A DNA stretch of 64,000 nucleotides from Phoronis australis (taxonomy: Eukaryota > Animalia > Phoronida): assembly GCA_002633005.1 (NCBI GenBank), contig NMRA01000247.1, forward strand, positions 221,208 through 285,207, read 5' to 3'. The notes beneath the pieces are model-generated. The model saw only the letters and a list, made by a program, of their open reading frames with translations, was not told where the DNA came from and made no database searches. The first letter of the stretch is position 1. Every line of letters starts with the position of its first letter. A program made the translations under genes and the position numbers. Below, in pieces: positions 1 to 11,700 of the stretch.

Positions 1-1659
1 AATGAATCACATCTGTCATTGAAACGTTGACAGTAGAGTTTTCGGTTTATAAAGGTATTAATGTTCTGTGTAGGGATGTTATTTGTGTTGCAGCAAAATT
101 TCGCCAACTTTGACACAATGTGGCCGACAGATGGTATTTAATTTTCTTATTTCATATAAGGTTTATAGCACATGCTTCACTATGTATCATATCTAGGATC
201 AGCCAAAATTTTGAAAACTTGGCGCTCGCAACAATGCAAGAAAAATGAGAAAAGGACAATTCTGGCAATCATGTTTGTCTGAAATTGGTGAGAATTTACC
301 GTATATATTAACTACAGGGATGATCCACACTAGACCATCAAGACATGAAGATAGCAAACATTCAACTTGATAATTAGTAAATTTTTATGTATTGTGTTTG
401 TATTCATCACAATGTTGCGCACCACTTCAGTTTCACCATTGATTCATGTTGATTGTAGACATGTATGCTTATTCTCCACTTAAGTGGTACAAAAATAATT
501 GCCAAAACTATATTTCATTTTTTAAATTCCAATTACCTTGATGGAGATAATGGAACTTTTCCAAATGATATTTTTGACATCCACACACTGCATATTTGCT
601 TAGAATAGACTAAAATTGCCTTAATATTTATTTATGTTGAGAAATTTAACAAAATAGAATTATACTGGTCGGCCATATTGTGTGCTAAAGAAGCGAATAA
701 TTATTGTGTTGTTCATTGTCTTTGTCCTCAAGTAGTACATTGTAAACTGTTGTTGGTTGTCACCAGTGCTTGTTAGGTTAATATTGCGTTTGCCATGTGG
801 TCATCGTCTGTCCAACTTGTCAACTATTATTTTTCGTTGCAACTGACATTCCTATAAAACATGTATCTCAATTTTGAATTGTGCATAAATTATTCTCTAG
901 CGTATTAACAATTTCGTTTTCGGCTTTTTTGGATTATGTGTTAAGTTTACATGCATATTCTCCTACTCTTATATACGGTACTTTAAAAACCTCTAACTTG
1001 GTAACTTATTAACATTTAGCTTAATGTGTGTTATTTTTCTGTTGCTTATAACTTTTGTGGTTGTGATTTGCTAAATTCATTTGCTTTCAAAGCTTTTGGT
1101 TTTAAGGTTCATTACTTTGAAGCCGCGACAAACTCTCATTTCTTCAAAGAAACAACTTTTCATTTTGACCACAGACTGTTGCAAAAATGATCTTGACTTG
1201 TTCTATGGTTTACTGTGTTGAGCTTTGTTTGCAAAAAGTTCAAGGTCAAAAAGAAAAGATTTTCAAACACCTTGTGTATCAAACTAGTTTGGTGATGTTT
1301 GGCCATGCAGTCGTTGAAAACTTGTTCAGCGTAGTTTAGTAAAATATTACCAATTGAATGGAACTCGTGTGATGATCAGTGTTGGTAGCCTTCATAATGT
1401 GTTTTATTGTACAAAGCAGGGCATATAGGATGGTCCAAAACATGCTCGTTTACTACAAAATTGAAACTTCTAACGTAGACAGTTCAAGCCACGTTTTGGC
1501 ACCTACCGGTAAGTCAGTGTTACAAATACCAGTCGAGGTCACATTTGCAATGGTCAACTTCTTTCAGGCAGAAGTGTCCCCTTACGGGCTTGCTGTTGTA
1601 AACTTTTCTTTTTTGCATGTGACCAGCCAGGGTCATTTTCTATCCTCTGTAGTTCACAC

Positions 1660-2130
1660 AATGTTGTTGAAGGAATATCTCAAGAATGAAGCTTCATACT
1701 TTGCTCATATTTTATTCAAACTTGGAAAATGTTGACAGACATCTTATGAGGGGAGCTTTAAATTTCATTGATACTTTGTACCAGGTGTAGGTGGGGCAAC
1801 TTTAGCTGCCAGTTTGGTAACCTTGACGTCATTTTCAAGGGCACTGCGAGGAAACCAAGTTTTGACTTCACACACAATATTGTTAACACGATATCTCAAC
1901 AAAGAACCTTTAATTTGATTTTTCATGTTTTGTGCCAAGGTTGGGGGCAGCTCTTGGTGGCAGTCCGTCTTGGTGGCCTTAACATCATTTTCCAAGTTGC
2001 AGTGAGATTAAAATCAAGTTTTGACTTGTGGAAAATGTTGGGGAGGTATCTCAAAAAGGAGCTTTAGATTATGCTCACATTTTTTTTCAAGGTATTGGTA
2101 GAGTTGCTCCCGACATGCAGACAACCTTAA
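1660..2130. repeat. Diverged modular repeat (three ATCTCAA-containing modules), probably a non-autonomous element relic
   Basis: Related blocks at about 1663, 1882 and 2037 (tgttg...tatctcaa...gagctt...tgctcacattttt); pairwise similarity is partial. Confidence 0.45.
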
Positions 2131-3112
2131 CATCGTTATTAGGGTTGTAGCAAGAAATGTTGATATTGTAGTTTATCAAGCACTCCATGAAAGTTCATTT
2201 TAAGGCAAAATTTTCTCATTTGAAAATTTGGAGAATTGCAATTGAATGATCATTTTCAAATGTGTTGGAAATAAAGTGTTACAAAGCTAGTCTTTTTTCC
2301 TTACCCGAATATTCATTACCATGTATAATTATAATATCCTAAATAAACGACTGCTTCCTAAGGTGGTGGGGACTTGGCCACCGTGTGACAATTGCTTTTT
2401 GTGCTCTAGTGTCCCATGACTCAAGTTAGCACTGGGACAGGATATTCGCGACCGTACGTCCATTGGTGGCACATTATCCATTCGGCTACCACATGTATGT
2501 AAAGTCCAAAGCAAGGCACTTTACAAAGAAAAGGTGCGACATACACTCATAAAGGCAATATGCATATACCGGTACTTAACTTGCTCGGTAACTGAGTTTT
2601 TGTATTCTGACCACAGTTAAACAATAGTTAATGGCTATCTGATGTTGAGCGTGTACTGTACCATGTATAATTAGGTGTGCGTAGCAGACACTGGATACCT
2701 TTGTCCAGTCACTGGCCTTGCTGTGGCCTTTAGTTATACTGGGGTGCCCTTGCCGTTGCTCCGTCATCAAACTGGTTCTCAAAATCTGGACTCTAACTAA
2801 AACTATTGTCCAAGTTCTTATAAATGTATATCAAAGTGTCAAGAATTTGCTATTGACTGTTGAACTTCCCACACATATGAAATATGTCAATTTTTCTCAA
2901 CTTCCTGGAAATAAAGAGGGAAAAACCTGAGCGTACACTTACTATTTTGAGTAATTTAGATAATTCACTTTCCGTCTTACTTTCATGAGAAGTAAGTCAA
3001 ACACTAAAGATGGGTTGCACTTTTTAAGCATCTTCACCGACAGATCATAGTCAGTAAAAACTAGAATTCCGTCTATTGATTCAGAAACGAACAGATTTTT
3101 TTTCTACGAATG

Positions 3113-3118
3113 TTTATT
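3113..3118 (-). terminator. Candidate distal polyadenylation signal AATAAA
   Basis: tttatt at the homologous position in the other copy of the tandem duplication. Confidence 0.4.
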
Positions 3119-3698
3119 CGCTAAGCAAGTGAACCAATACAACATTAAAAATATTACAAAAATTCATTTTCAGGATAACCAGTCTCCAAAATATAAAATT
3201 CCTTAATTTTAATCGCATATTCATGAGTTACAGAAAGGTGGAGGAATTTTGACAAATCCATCAAAATTAGTACACACAGCAATCTAAGTAAACATTCAAA
3301 TGTATATCAAATTGACATAAAACTTAATGATTTTTAGAAATATACAAAAATGTAAAAGTTCTCAATAACAACTCTACACGAATAATACCTAAAGCAATAC
3401 TTCCTGTTTAAATACACAAACTTGTGAATATCACCCTAGATCAAATTCATAATGGACTTATCTAATTTCTCGCACTCAGTTAAATTTCAAGTAAGTTATA
3501 ACAGTAATTCGCATTCTTATGAAATACGTGCACTTCTTGTCAATTTCTTGGAAATAAAGAGTGTACAACACATGATCCTCTTACGACTTCAAACAAGAAA
3601 TACAGGTGATACTCAGCAGGCATCTTCACTGAGAGACCAGTCTTGCAACAAGTAGAATTTACAGTCCATTAAAATAATCAGATTTGCTTCTAAGAATG

Positions 3699-3704
3699 TT
3701 TATT
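3699..3704 (-). terminator. Candidate proximal polyadenylation signal AATAAA
   Basis: tttatt on the + strand, about 660 nt downstream of the stop codon on the minus strand. Confidence 0.45.
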
Positions 3705-4172
3705 TGCAAATCAAGGGATTCAGTTCCTTAAGATCACAAAGTTAAAAATATCACAAAAATTCAATGTCAGGATAACAACCAAAATATGTAAATTCCTAAT
3801 TTGTCTAATCACATATTTATGAGTTACAGGAAAGTGGAACAATAATGACAAAATTAATGAACATTAGGATACAGAATGATTGAAATTTAAGTAAACAAGT
3901 CATTCAAATATAAATCAACTGAATGACCTACAAAAGTTAATTAATTTTAGAAATCTGCAAAAATGTAAAAGGACGGAATAAATGTTACTTGGAATATTAA
4001 GTGGAATGCACAGTTCTTATTAACAAATATAATAACACCTAATGAAATCTAATTTCTATTTAAGCTTAAAACTTTACACAAAAAATGTGAATGTCACAGC
4101 AGAGCAAATTAAAAATTATGCACATTTCTGATTTCTCACACACTCAATTAGTATTAAGTACAAAAACATCCC

Positions 4173-4339
4173 GAGTAAATAATTGTAATTCAACATCATA
4201 AGCAAAAAATAACAATTGCTGACCACATCTGCAAAGAATATTAAGCACATTGCAAACGTTGTAGTAAATTATTGTAATCTAACATAAGCAAAAATAACAA
4301 CTGCTGACCACATCTACAAAGAATATTAAGAACATTGCA
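4173..4339. repeat. ~80-bp near-tandem duplication just 3' of the stop codon
   Basis: agtaaat.attgtaat...cataagcaaaaa.taacaa.tgctgaccacatct.caaagaatattaag.acattgca occurs at 4173-4253 and 4263-4339. Confidence 0.9.
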
Positions 4340-4359
4340 GCTGTTGTCCACCATGCACT

Positions 4360-7300
4360 TTATCTGCCAGATTTCTTTCCAGATTTCAGAGCAGACTTGG
4401 GTGCCTTTGGACCAGAATCCTTCGCAGGTTCAGACACCTTCATTTCCTTTGTAGGCTGTGCCTTTTGTAACTGAATGGTTGCTTCTTCAATAAGTCTTGT
4501 CGTCGAACTCTTTTGTTTTTCTAAAACTAGCAGTTTATTTCTAGCCAGGGAAAGTTTTGCAACAGCTGCCTTGACAACACTAGAATCTTGTGCCTCCTCC
4601 TGATTGGCAAGTGCTGACTGTGATGCTACTTCCTGTTCCAATTGGCCAATGAGATCGCATTGAACAATAATGTCCTTAGTGGTGTTGGAAAAGTCTGCAT
4701 TCAATTTATCTATACGATCCTCCAAGAGAGCAATTTCATCCTGGAAACAAGAGTAATGCTGAGCGTCAATATGCACCCATCGCGCGCGCGTGTGTGTGTG
4801 TGTGTCACAAATGGCAAAGACATAAGGGTACTCATTTTTTCAATGAGTGTAGGAAAGCTCAACCGCCTAAAATCGCAACAATCTAGATGCACAGCAAAAC
4901 AATCGGCCAATCAAAAGTAATAAGTAGAAAAGAAGTGACCAATAGAAAAGAAGATATAAGGAGGTAAACTGAATGATCGGTAAAGGTTTGATCCTTGGCA
5001 GAAAATGAAGCAAGATTAATTACCTGTGAACATATTATCCAAGAGGGACAGTTGACATTCAGTTAGATAACAGGGACAGTAAGATAACCAACAGAGACAG
5101 GCAGGCAGGGAACTATAGATTAAAATGCAAATTAATATGCTTCAAGACCGCCTGACCATTTACAATTAATGTAATATACATTCAAGGCAAACTAACAGGC
5201 TACGAAAGTCAGTAAAATTTCATTCAATACACATATTTCAAATTTTGTAACAATTCTTAACAGTTTGACAGATAGAAAGTCAGATACCAAAAGTGAACAT
5301 TAAAATCATGCTGTAAAAGGCCGCAGAACATGTCAGTTGCCGTCTTTATACAAATAAATGTATGAATATTTCATGAAGTTCCACCAAATGCCATGGTATT
5401 CACAGAAGCAGATGCAAAATTGCCACAAGGGGACACAGCGCTAGACAAACAGTACGTTCAAAGTCAACTTAAAAGTTGACTTTTGAATGTACAGCTTAAA
5501 ATCTGTGATCTCTTAATGAACACAATTATCAAATTCCACGAAAATCCTTCAAAGAACTCTAATCCCATCTGTCATTTGAAAATAACATACATTTACCACA
5601 TGCTTGACTTTGTTCTTGTCCTCCATTTTGTTCACAAACGTCTGCCACAGAGCTGTTCCAGTCATGTTGGCTGTGTCTGCTACCCTCCTTGGCATCAGTG
5701 TTTTACCTGCAGAGACACAACCCAGGGATATTACTTACAGTTAAGAGTATTAAGCTGCAGTTTGACATGCGAATCCCACTTCACTATCCGAACACATTAT
5801 AAACTGAATAAATAATAACTAGTGAAAATATACCACAACACTGACATCAACCATAAATCAAGCAGTCAATTGTGATTTTGTGCGATTTATGAGTACAATC
5901 GGCTAAACGTTGTGTAAGAGAAGTTTTTATTGCTACTACAAATTAATTGGTATTGACTCAATAAACTCATCAGTAGCCAAGCAATGATACTCGTTTATAT
6001 TGTAACCATTTTCTATCGATTCCAGGATGAAACATTTTTTAAAGTGATATAAATTTATTGAAGAATAAACAGAACGTACAAAGAAATAATGACAAACCCA
6101 GAAATCGCAAAACATTATATCTGGGTTGTAAACAATTCATAAATGAAACTAATATACATAGAGGTATATACATTTAAGTAGTATCTAATATAAGGATGAA
6201 ACTTTCCATTTTCCAAATGTTGTTTTCCCCAAAAAGAAATTAGCTTTATACTTATTTCAGATGATCATTTATGAAGGCAAATTTGTGAATGAAACCAGGT
6301 CAAGTGAGTATTGACCTTTAGGAGTTTGGTAGTACATACCTGACGCAGCGTTTCTGTCAAACAGTTCAGTGTCCACAGCAGCCATAGTCCCATGATACTT
6401 GGCGGAGGCCATCTTGGATTCCACGTCTCCTAGGTAATCCTGCAGCTTACTGTGCACATGGAAACTTGTGTATTTAGTCAACCTGAAAAGAAAAATGTAA
6501 TGATGAGATTTATTAGAGATTGAGTGACCTTTGTAGATCACATTTCCCCCTGAAATTATTCAAATAATACAGCAAAAATAGACACACCTTTCTGCAGTGA
6601 CACCACAACTACTCAATGCCACACTATAGTTAAGTGCAAAATTGTGAACAATGTTATCGCATACTGTCTAGAATTTCAAATCTGATGTATAGTAAGTCTC
6701 AGTCGCAAATTTACAGAAAGATCTTTATTAACTTCTAAACCTTTGGTTGCGAAAGATGAAGTCATCTTTTCTCATATACTTTCAGCTAAAGGCTTAATGG
6801 GTTACAATGCATCTGTCCCACCATTCCTACATCTGTTATTTCTGGACCTAAACTGTACAAAAGGGTGTTTTTTTCTTCACAGAAGCTCTTTAACATAGGT
6901 CCCTTTTTGAAGTTCACTCTCTAAATGGGTGAGTAGGCTTATTTTGAGTACCACGTGAGAGTAAGTCTCACCTCTGCTGCAGTCGTTCTTTGTTGAAGTG
7001 TACACCCTCAATGTCTGTTGCTGGCAGCAGCTTGACGTCCAACAAATCAGAGACTGTGTTTGACTTTTCCTCTTCATTGCTACATTCGCCAAATGTCTCA
7101 GCCAGTGCCTGCTGGGCTGTCTTCTCCCCATCAGAGGTGGAGCTAATTGACGGGTTGGAGGATTGGCGGTAACGCGCAAAGAACAAGTCATCGCAAAGGA
7201 CGGTGAGGGCGCGGTAGAATTCTTTTGTGAACTCTGGATCAGTGTCATCTCTCAGGTCACCTGGAAAGACAGAGGTCAGGTCAGGTCAGGTCACATCAGG

Positions 7301-8767
7301 TCAGGTTAAGGAACAAATATGGACACTTGCGAACACATTACACAAAACCAGTCCTGCACCAGTTACGAGGAAGCCACATGAGAACAACTGCCTTAATATC
7401 AAGATGCATGCTTATTAACATGTAATTATGCATGAGAACACCATCGGAAGGTTTTCTATTGTCTTGAAAAATTAGTTTCTTTCAATCTAGTAATTACAAA
7501 GAATTGGCACAAAACAGCGTTGGAAAATATGATTAACATAGCGTAATTAATAATAACAGGGACTCAAAGACCAAAACTAAAGTATGAGTAAGTCAATTAT
7601 GATGAAACAAAACAACAAGAAGCATTTATTGAAAATGAAGGGGATACCATGTCAGTCACTGAGTCTATAACACATCCAACAATGTGAGACAGTTGACAGC
7701 AGGTGATGGAAACACCGTATAAACCAAAGATTGAGGTAATCGCGACAACAAGGCAGTGAAGTGTGATATGGCTGGATTGCTCAGAACATGGATAGAGTAT
7801 TTCATATGACGTTTAAGGCTTTAACGACCGAGAATAGCTAGAATGATGAGCAAGTCAAGTCATATTGAGTCTTGATTGTCTTAGAAGAGCACTGAATGTC
7901 ATTAAGAAGAAGTGTTGTAGTCAACTCACCAGATTTGATATGAGACAGGCTGTGAGCAATAACCATGGCAAACTGGCCGACTGAATCCATACGTGATGTT
8001 CTGACATACAAAATACGATTGTTGGCATCATAGTAGAAAGAGTTGCGGTAGGCATTGTGTGTGAAATTCTTATTGGCAGGTGTCTTCTTAGCAAGTAACA
8101 GTGTAACGGGGGTGTGCTGGCAATGGGCGGCAATGAGATCCATGATGAAGCAGCCATACTTGTACACAACAAACTCGCGTACATCCAGTCTGTTCAGGTC
8201 TACAGGTTCAAGCTCTGTGTCACCGTCCCAGTCTACATCCTTTTTGTCCTGATAGCCAGTACCTGTGGAGGCATACCATACATTACAGTATATGTTGTAT
8301 ACTCAAGGATCTGTTAACAATCATTGACTTCATCATCTGGCCAGTGAAGACCACCAAATCACACAGGAACAAAAATGTTTAGGTTCCAGAGGTTTGTAGC
8401 AATAAAGGCTTTGAATTCCTTAAAGTTTGGTACTGTTTAGAAAGTGAAAAACAGCTATAACTTTACCTGGCGCCATCTTTTGGCCTCGTACTGCACCGCT
8501 GGACACCAGACGCTTGATCTGTTCCACCTTCTGGTAAAGAGGCGACTGCATCAACAGGGCGATGAACTCAGCATCGTCGACAGGTGCTGCCATCATGTAA
8601 CTGAGTGGAACACCAGTGCCTGATGACGCCACTGCCTGACCAACAGATGGAGCTCCAACTGCATTAGCGGAAGGCTGGAGCTGTTGGGACGAACCAGTCC
8701 CAGTTGGTTGCATTTCACCAGTTGATGAGGCCAAATCCATGTTGACGCTTTGTTTCAAAGTGAGAAC
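4360..8767 (-). CDS. C-terminal exons: globular domain with HSLSH motif, terminal coiled coil and basic tail
   Basis: Spliced translation ...FVVYKYGCFIMDLI...NAYRNSFYYDANNRILYVRTSRMDSVGQFAMVIAHSLSHIKSGDLRDDTDPEFTKEFYRALTVLCDDLFFAR...KSALKSGKKSGR*. Confidence 0.88.
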
Positions 8768-11700
8768 CTGTCAAGTCACAAAAACATTCAAGTTTAATTA
8801 CATTCAAGTTTAATTTCAATACAACAAAGCTGTCAATTTTACTGTATTAAAATTGAACAAATACTCGTCCACTCATTGGCACTGATACAAGCACTGAGTT
8901 GATATACTGTTGGCGCACCATCATGTTTTCTGTGTCGTGAATGGTAAGTAAAAATTTCATGAAGAAGAAAATTACCAACTAAAATAATTTACCACAAAAT
9001 GCTATGAGGTCAGAATAAAAATACTCTTACAGTCAGTGGTTTTACTTAAAAACCACAAACATTGCAGAAGGTGGCTTTTTGTAAGTGTGGAGTGAAGGAA
9101 AATTCAGTTGACACAAAGAGACAGTAGATTGCTAACTTAAAGAACAACAGATAAAATAGTCATCTATTTCACTCACTCCACAACGAGGAAGGGCTGATGT
9201 CTGCAATGTTTGGTGCTTTTTAAATACAACTGATTGAAAATGTTCTTTTCTTTTGACTTAATATCACTTTGTTAAGGTGTTGTTTTTGAATAAATGTAGA
9301 GAATTGGAGGATTCATGACTGTCACACATTCTGTCATGTTGCTCTACAACCAGAGACATCTACTGCTTGAAACAGAAGTGGACGTCATTTTGCTGGGTAC
9401 CACAGTGAGGCCCCAAGAATACTCTTGACACTTATGGTGTTGCATTATCTGGCTTTTTAATTTTTGAGTTTCCTGCATCTATAAAAGGCACTATTTATTA
9501 CCAAGACACATTACAAAGATATCCAACACGATAATTAAATTTCGAGATTATTCATGCTGTCACTTTATACATCTCTGTTATATCTGCTCTATATTGTTCT
9601 TTAAAGAAGCTGCAAATATACTGCGAGTTTGAGAGAGTGTTCATCAAAATTATAAATAAACAACACCGCGTTCAGCTAGTTTCACACACAAGAGGGCTGT
9701 TGCCAATCCTTTCAAACTGTAATTAAAGTCACTTTAAATCTGAGCACGCTGACCTCATCTGCCTTCAGTTGCTCTTGTTCTCTCTTCTGTTGTTGATCAA
9801 ACTCTCGCCTAGTCTCCTCAGCCTCTTCTTGAGCTTGCGCCTGTTTCGCCTTCAGTTTCTCCTCACGTCTCTTTCTCAGTTTCTCCTACAATGGCACAGA
9901 CAAAACTTTATTACGTAATGACTTAACACCAACTTGAGGCTTTTGTGTAATTTTCATGTCACCAAAACAGAATGCAATCACTTTGAAACTGAAGTCTATT
10001 CTGTAACATAAGCAATATAGAAACTGTACAGGTAAGCAATCTACTTCCTCTTTGTATGTCGTCTGTATTTTCCCTACTCCACAAGTCTTCAAATAGTGAT
10101 GGGTCTAGTCAACGTAATAACATCAGGGTTACTATCCCCTTCATATCCGGGGTCTCGGATAGAATTAAGTCCCACTTGAGAAACTTTGACATTGCCACAG
10201 CTTTGAAACCCATCAACTCTCCCAGGAGTCAACTGGTCTGGGTGAAAGACAAGGTTCCCAGGGATAAGTCTCTATTGTGGTTTATGGCATTATGTGTGAG
10301 GACACATAGTGTACTGATTCTGCTGTTTTCACTCATATCATGACTGAACAACATTCATTTGATACCAGTGATGTATGCATTTTGGATCATGAGGAAAACT
10401 GGTTCAAACGTGGAGTTAAACAATCCATCTACAAATGTGTTGAATGCCCCCCTTTGAATCACCAAGGTGGATTAAGATTCAAACTTTACAAAACACGGGA
10501 TTGAGCACTGCGTTTTATTCCACACAGATTACGTAATCAGGTGTAAGTCACCACGGCATCAGCTAGTGAAAGTCCTCACGATGAAGACGCAACACTGCTC
10601 AGTCGATATGTCTGTCTGTATTAGGTTTTAATTCTTTTCTATAGTTCAAACTATGGTCACTACAGTTCCAAGTGAATGCCTGCAGTTAACCGCAAATGAC
10701 TTTTGAGCTTAAATGTGGTCCGACCCTACTGCCAACAAAAGTTTGTGTACTCAAAAGATGGCGGCCTCCATGATTTATACGATGTGTACCGTATTCCCAT
10801 AACAATCAACAAGTTGCCGCTATGTAAAATATGAATTTACTAAAAGCAATATGTTTCAACTGCTTATTATATAATGAATGCTGCTTTAGTATGTAGGTGA
10901 CTTAACATTTAATATTTCATGCAAAAGTTTGGTCTAGATCGAGTCATAGATGAACAGACAGCATTCACTTGCTTGCTCCAGTATAAATGTCCGTTTCATT
11001 ATTGTATTCAGGCTGACTATAGTTAACCATAAATTGTGTAGTGAAAATGGTCTGAAAATCACTGAAGCTCAAGTCAGACACAAATGAAACCTTAAAAGTC
11101 AAAGGTGAAAATATGTTTACTGCCTTGCACTGTTTTGCCCAACTGTGCTTGCCTTGTTAAACAATATTTTTTCTGCGGCTTATTAAAAATATGAAAAAAA
11201 ATTGCTATGTAGTTGTAAATACCACTCTCACACAATAATTCAAGTTCAACTTTCTTACTCACAAGTTAGACTGCATTGTTACCAGGGAAACTATGAAAAT
11301 CAAACGCGCAACATCAAAGACAAGGATCCCAGCCAACATATTAGTTCTTCATAGATGGGACAAATTGACGTAGGCCATAAGTGTCACGTGACTGCGCGAT
11401 GTATACCTGCAGACTGCTCTGCATCCTCAGTTTGTCGGCGTCAATGGCGTTGATGTGCTTCTGCAGGTTCTTGTTATGCTCGTCCAGGATTCGCTGTTGC
11501 TCGTCCTCACTGGCACCCTGACTGGCCAGTCGCTGGATCTCATCCTGCCGATGGAAATTGCCATCTTTAATTCATTCAGACCAGCAGTGAACATTAGTAA
11601 GCACAGCATGACAACATGCCAGGCTTGAACAGGTCATCGTTGAGACAGCATGGGCAATGAGATGACTTCATAAGCCATTCAAGTCTTTTTCTAAACAAAT

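Larger units (their letters stand above)
2885..4160. repeat. Diverged tandem duplication (~600-670 bp unit) in the putative 3' UTR
   Basis: Colinear matching blocks: gcatcttcac (~3029/3620), gaatgtttatt (3108/3694), aaaaattca..caggataac (~3158/3755), catatt.atgagttacag (~3216/3811), aaaaatgtaaaag (~3346/3959), tgtgaat.tcac (3423/4086), atttctc.cac (~3466/4131). Confidence 0.8.

Noticed and set aside
1379-2930. Short ORFs downstream of the gene
   Set aside because: No recognisable domains or convincing exon structure, and they partly overlap a modular repeat.
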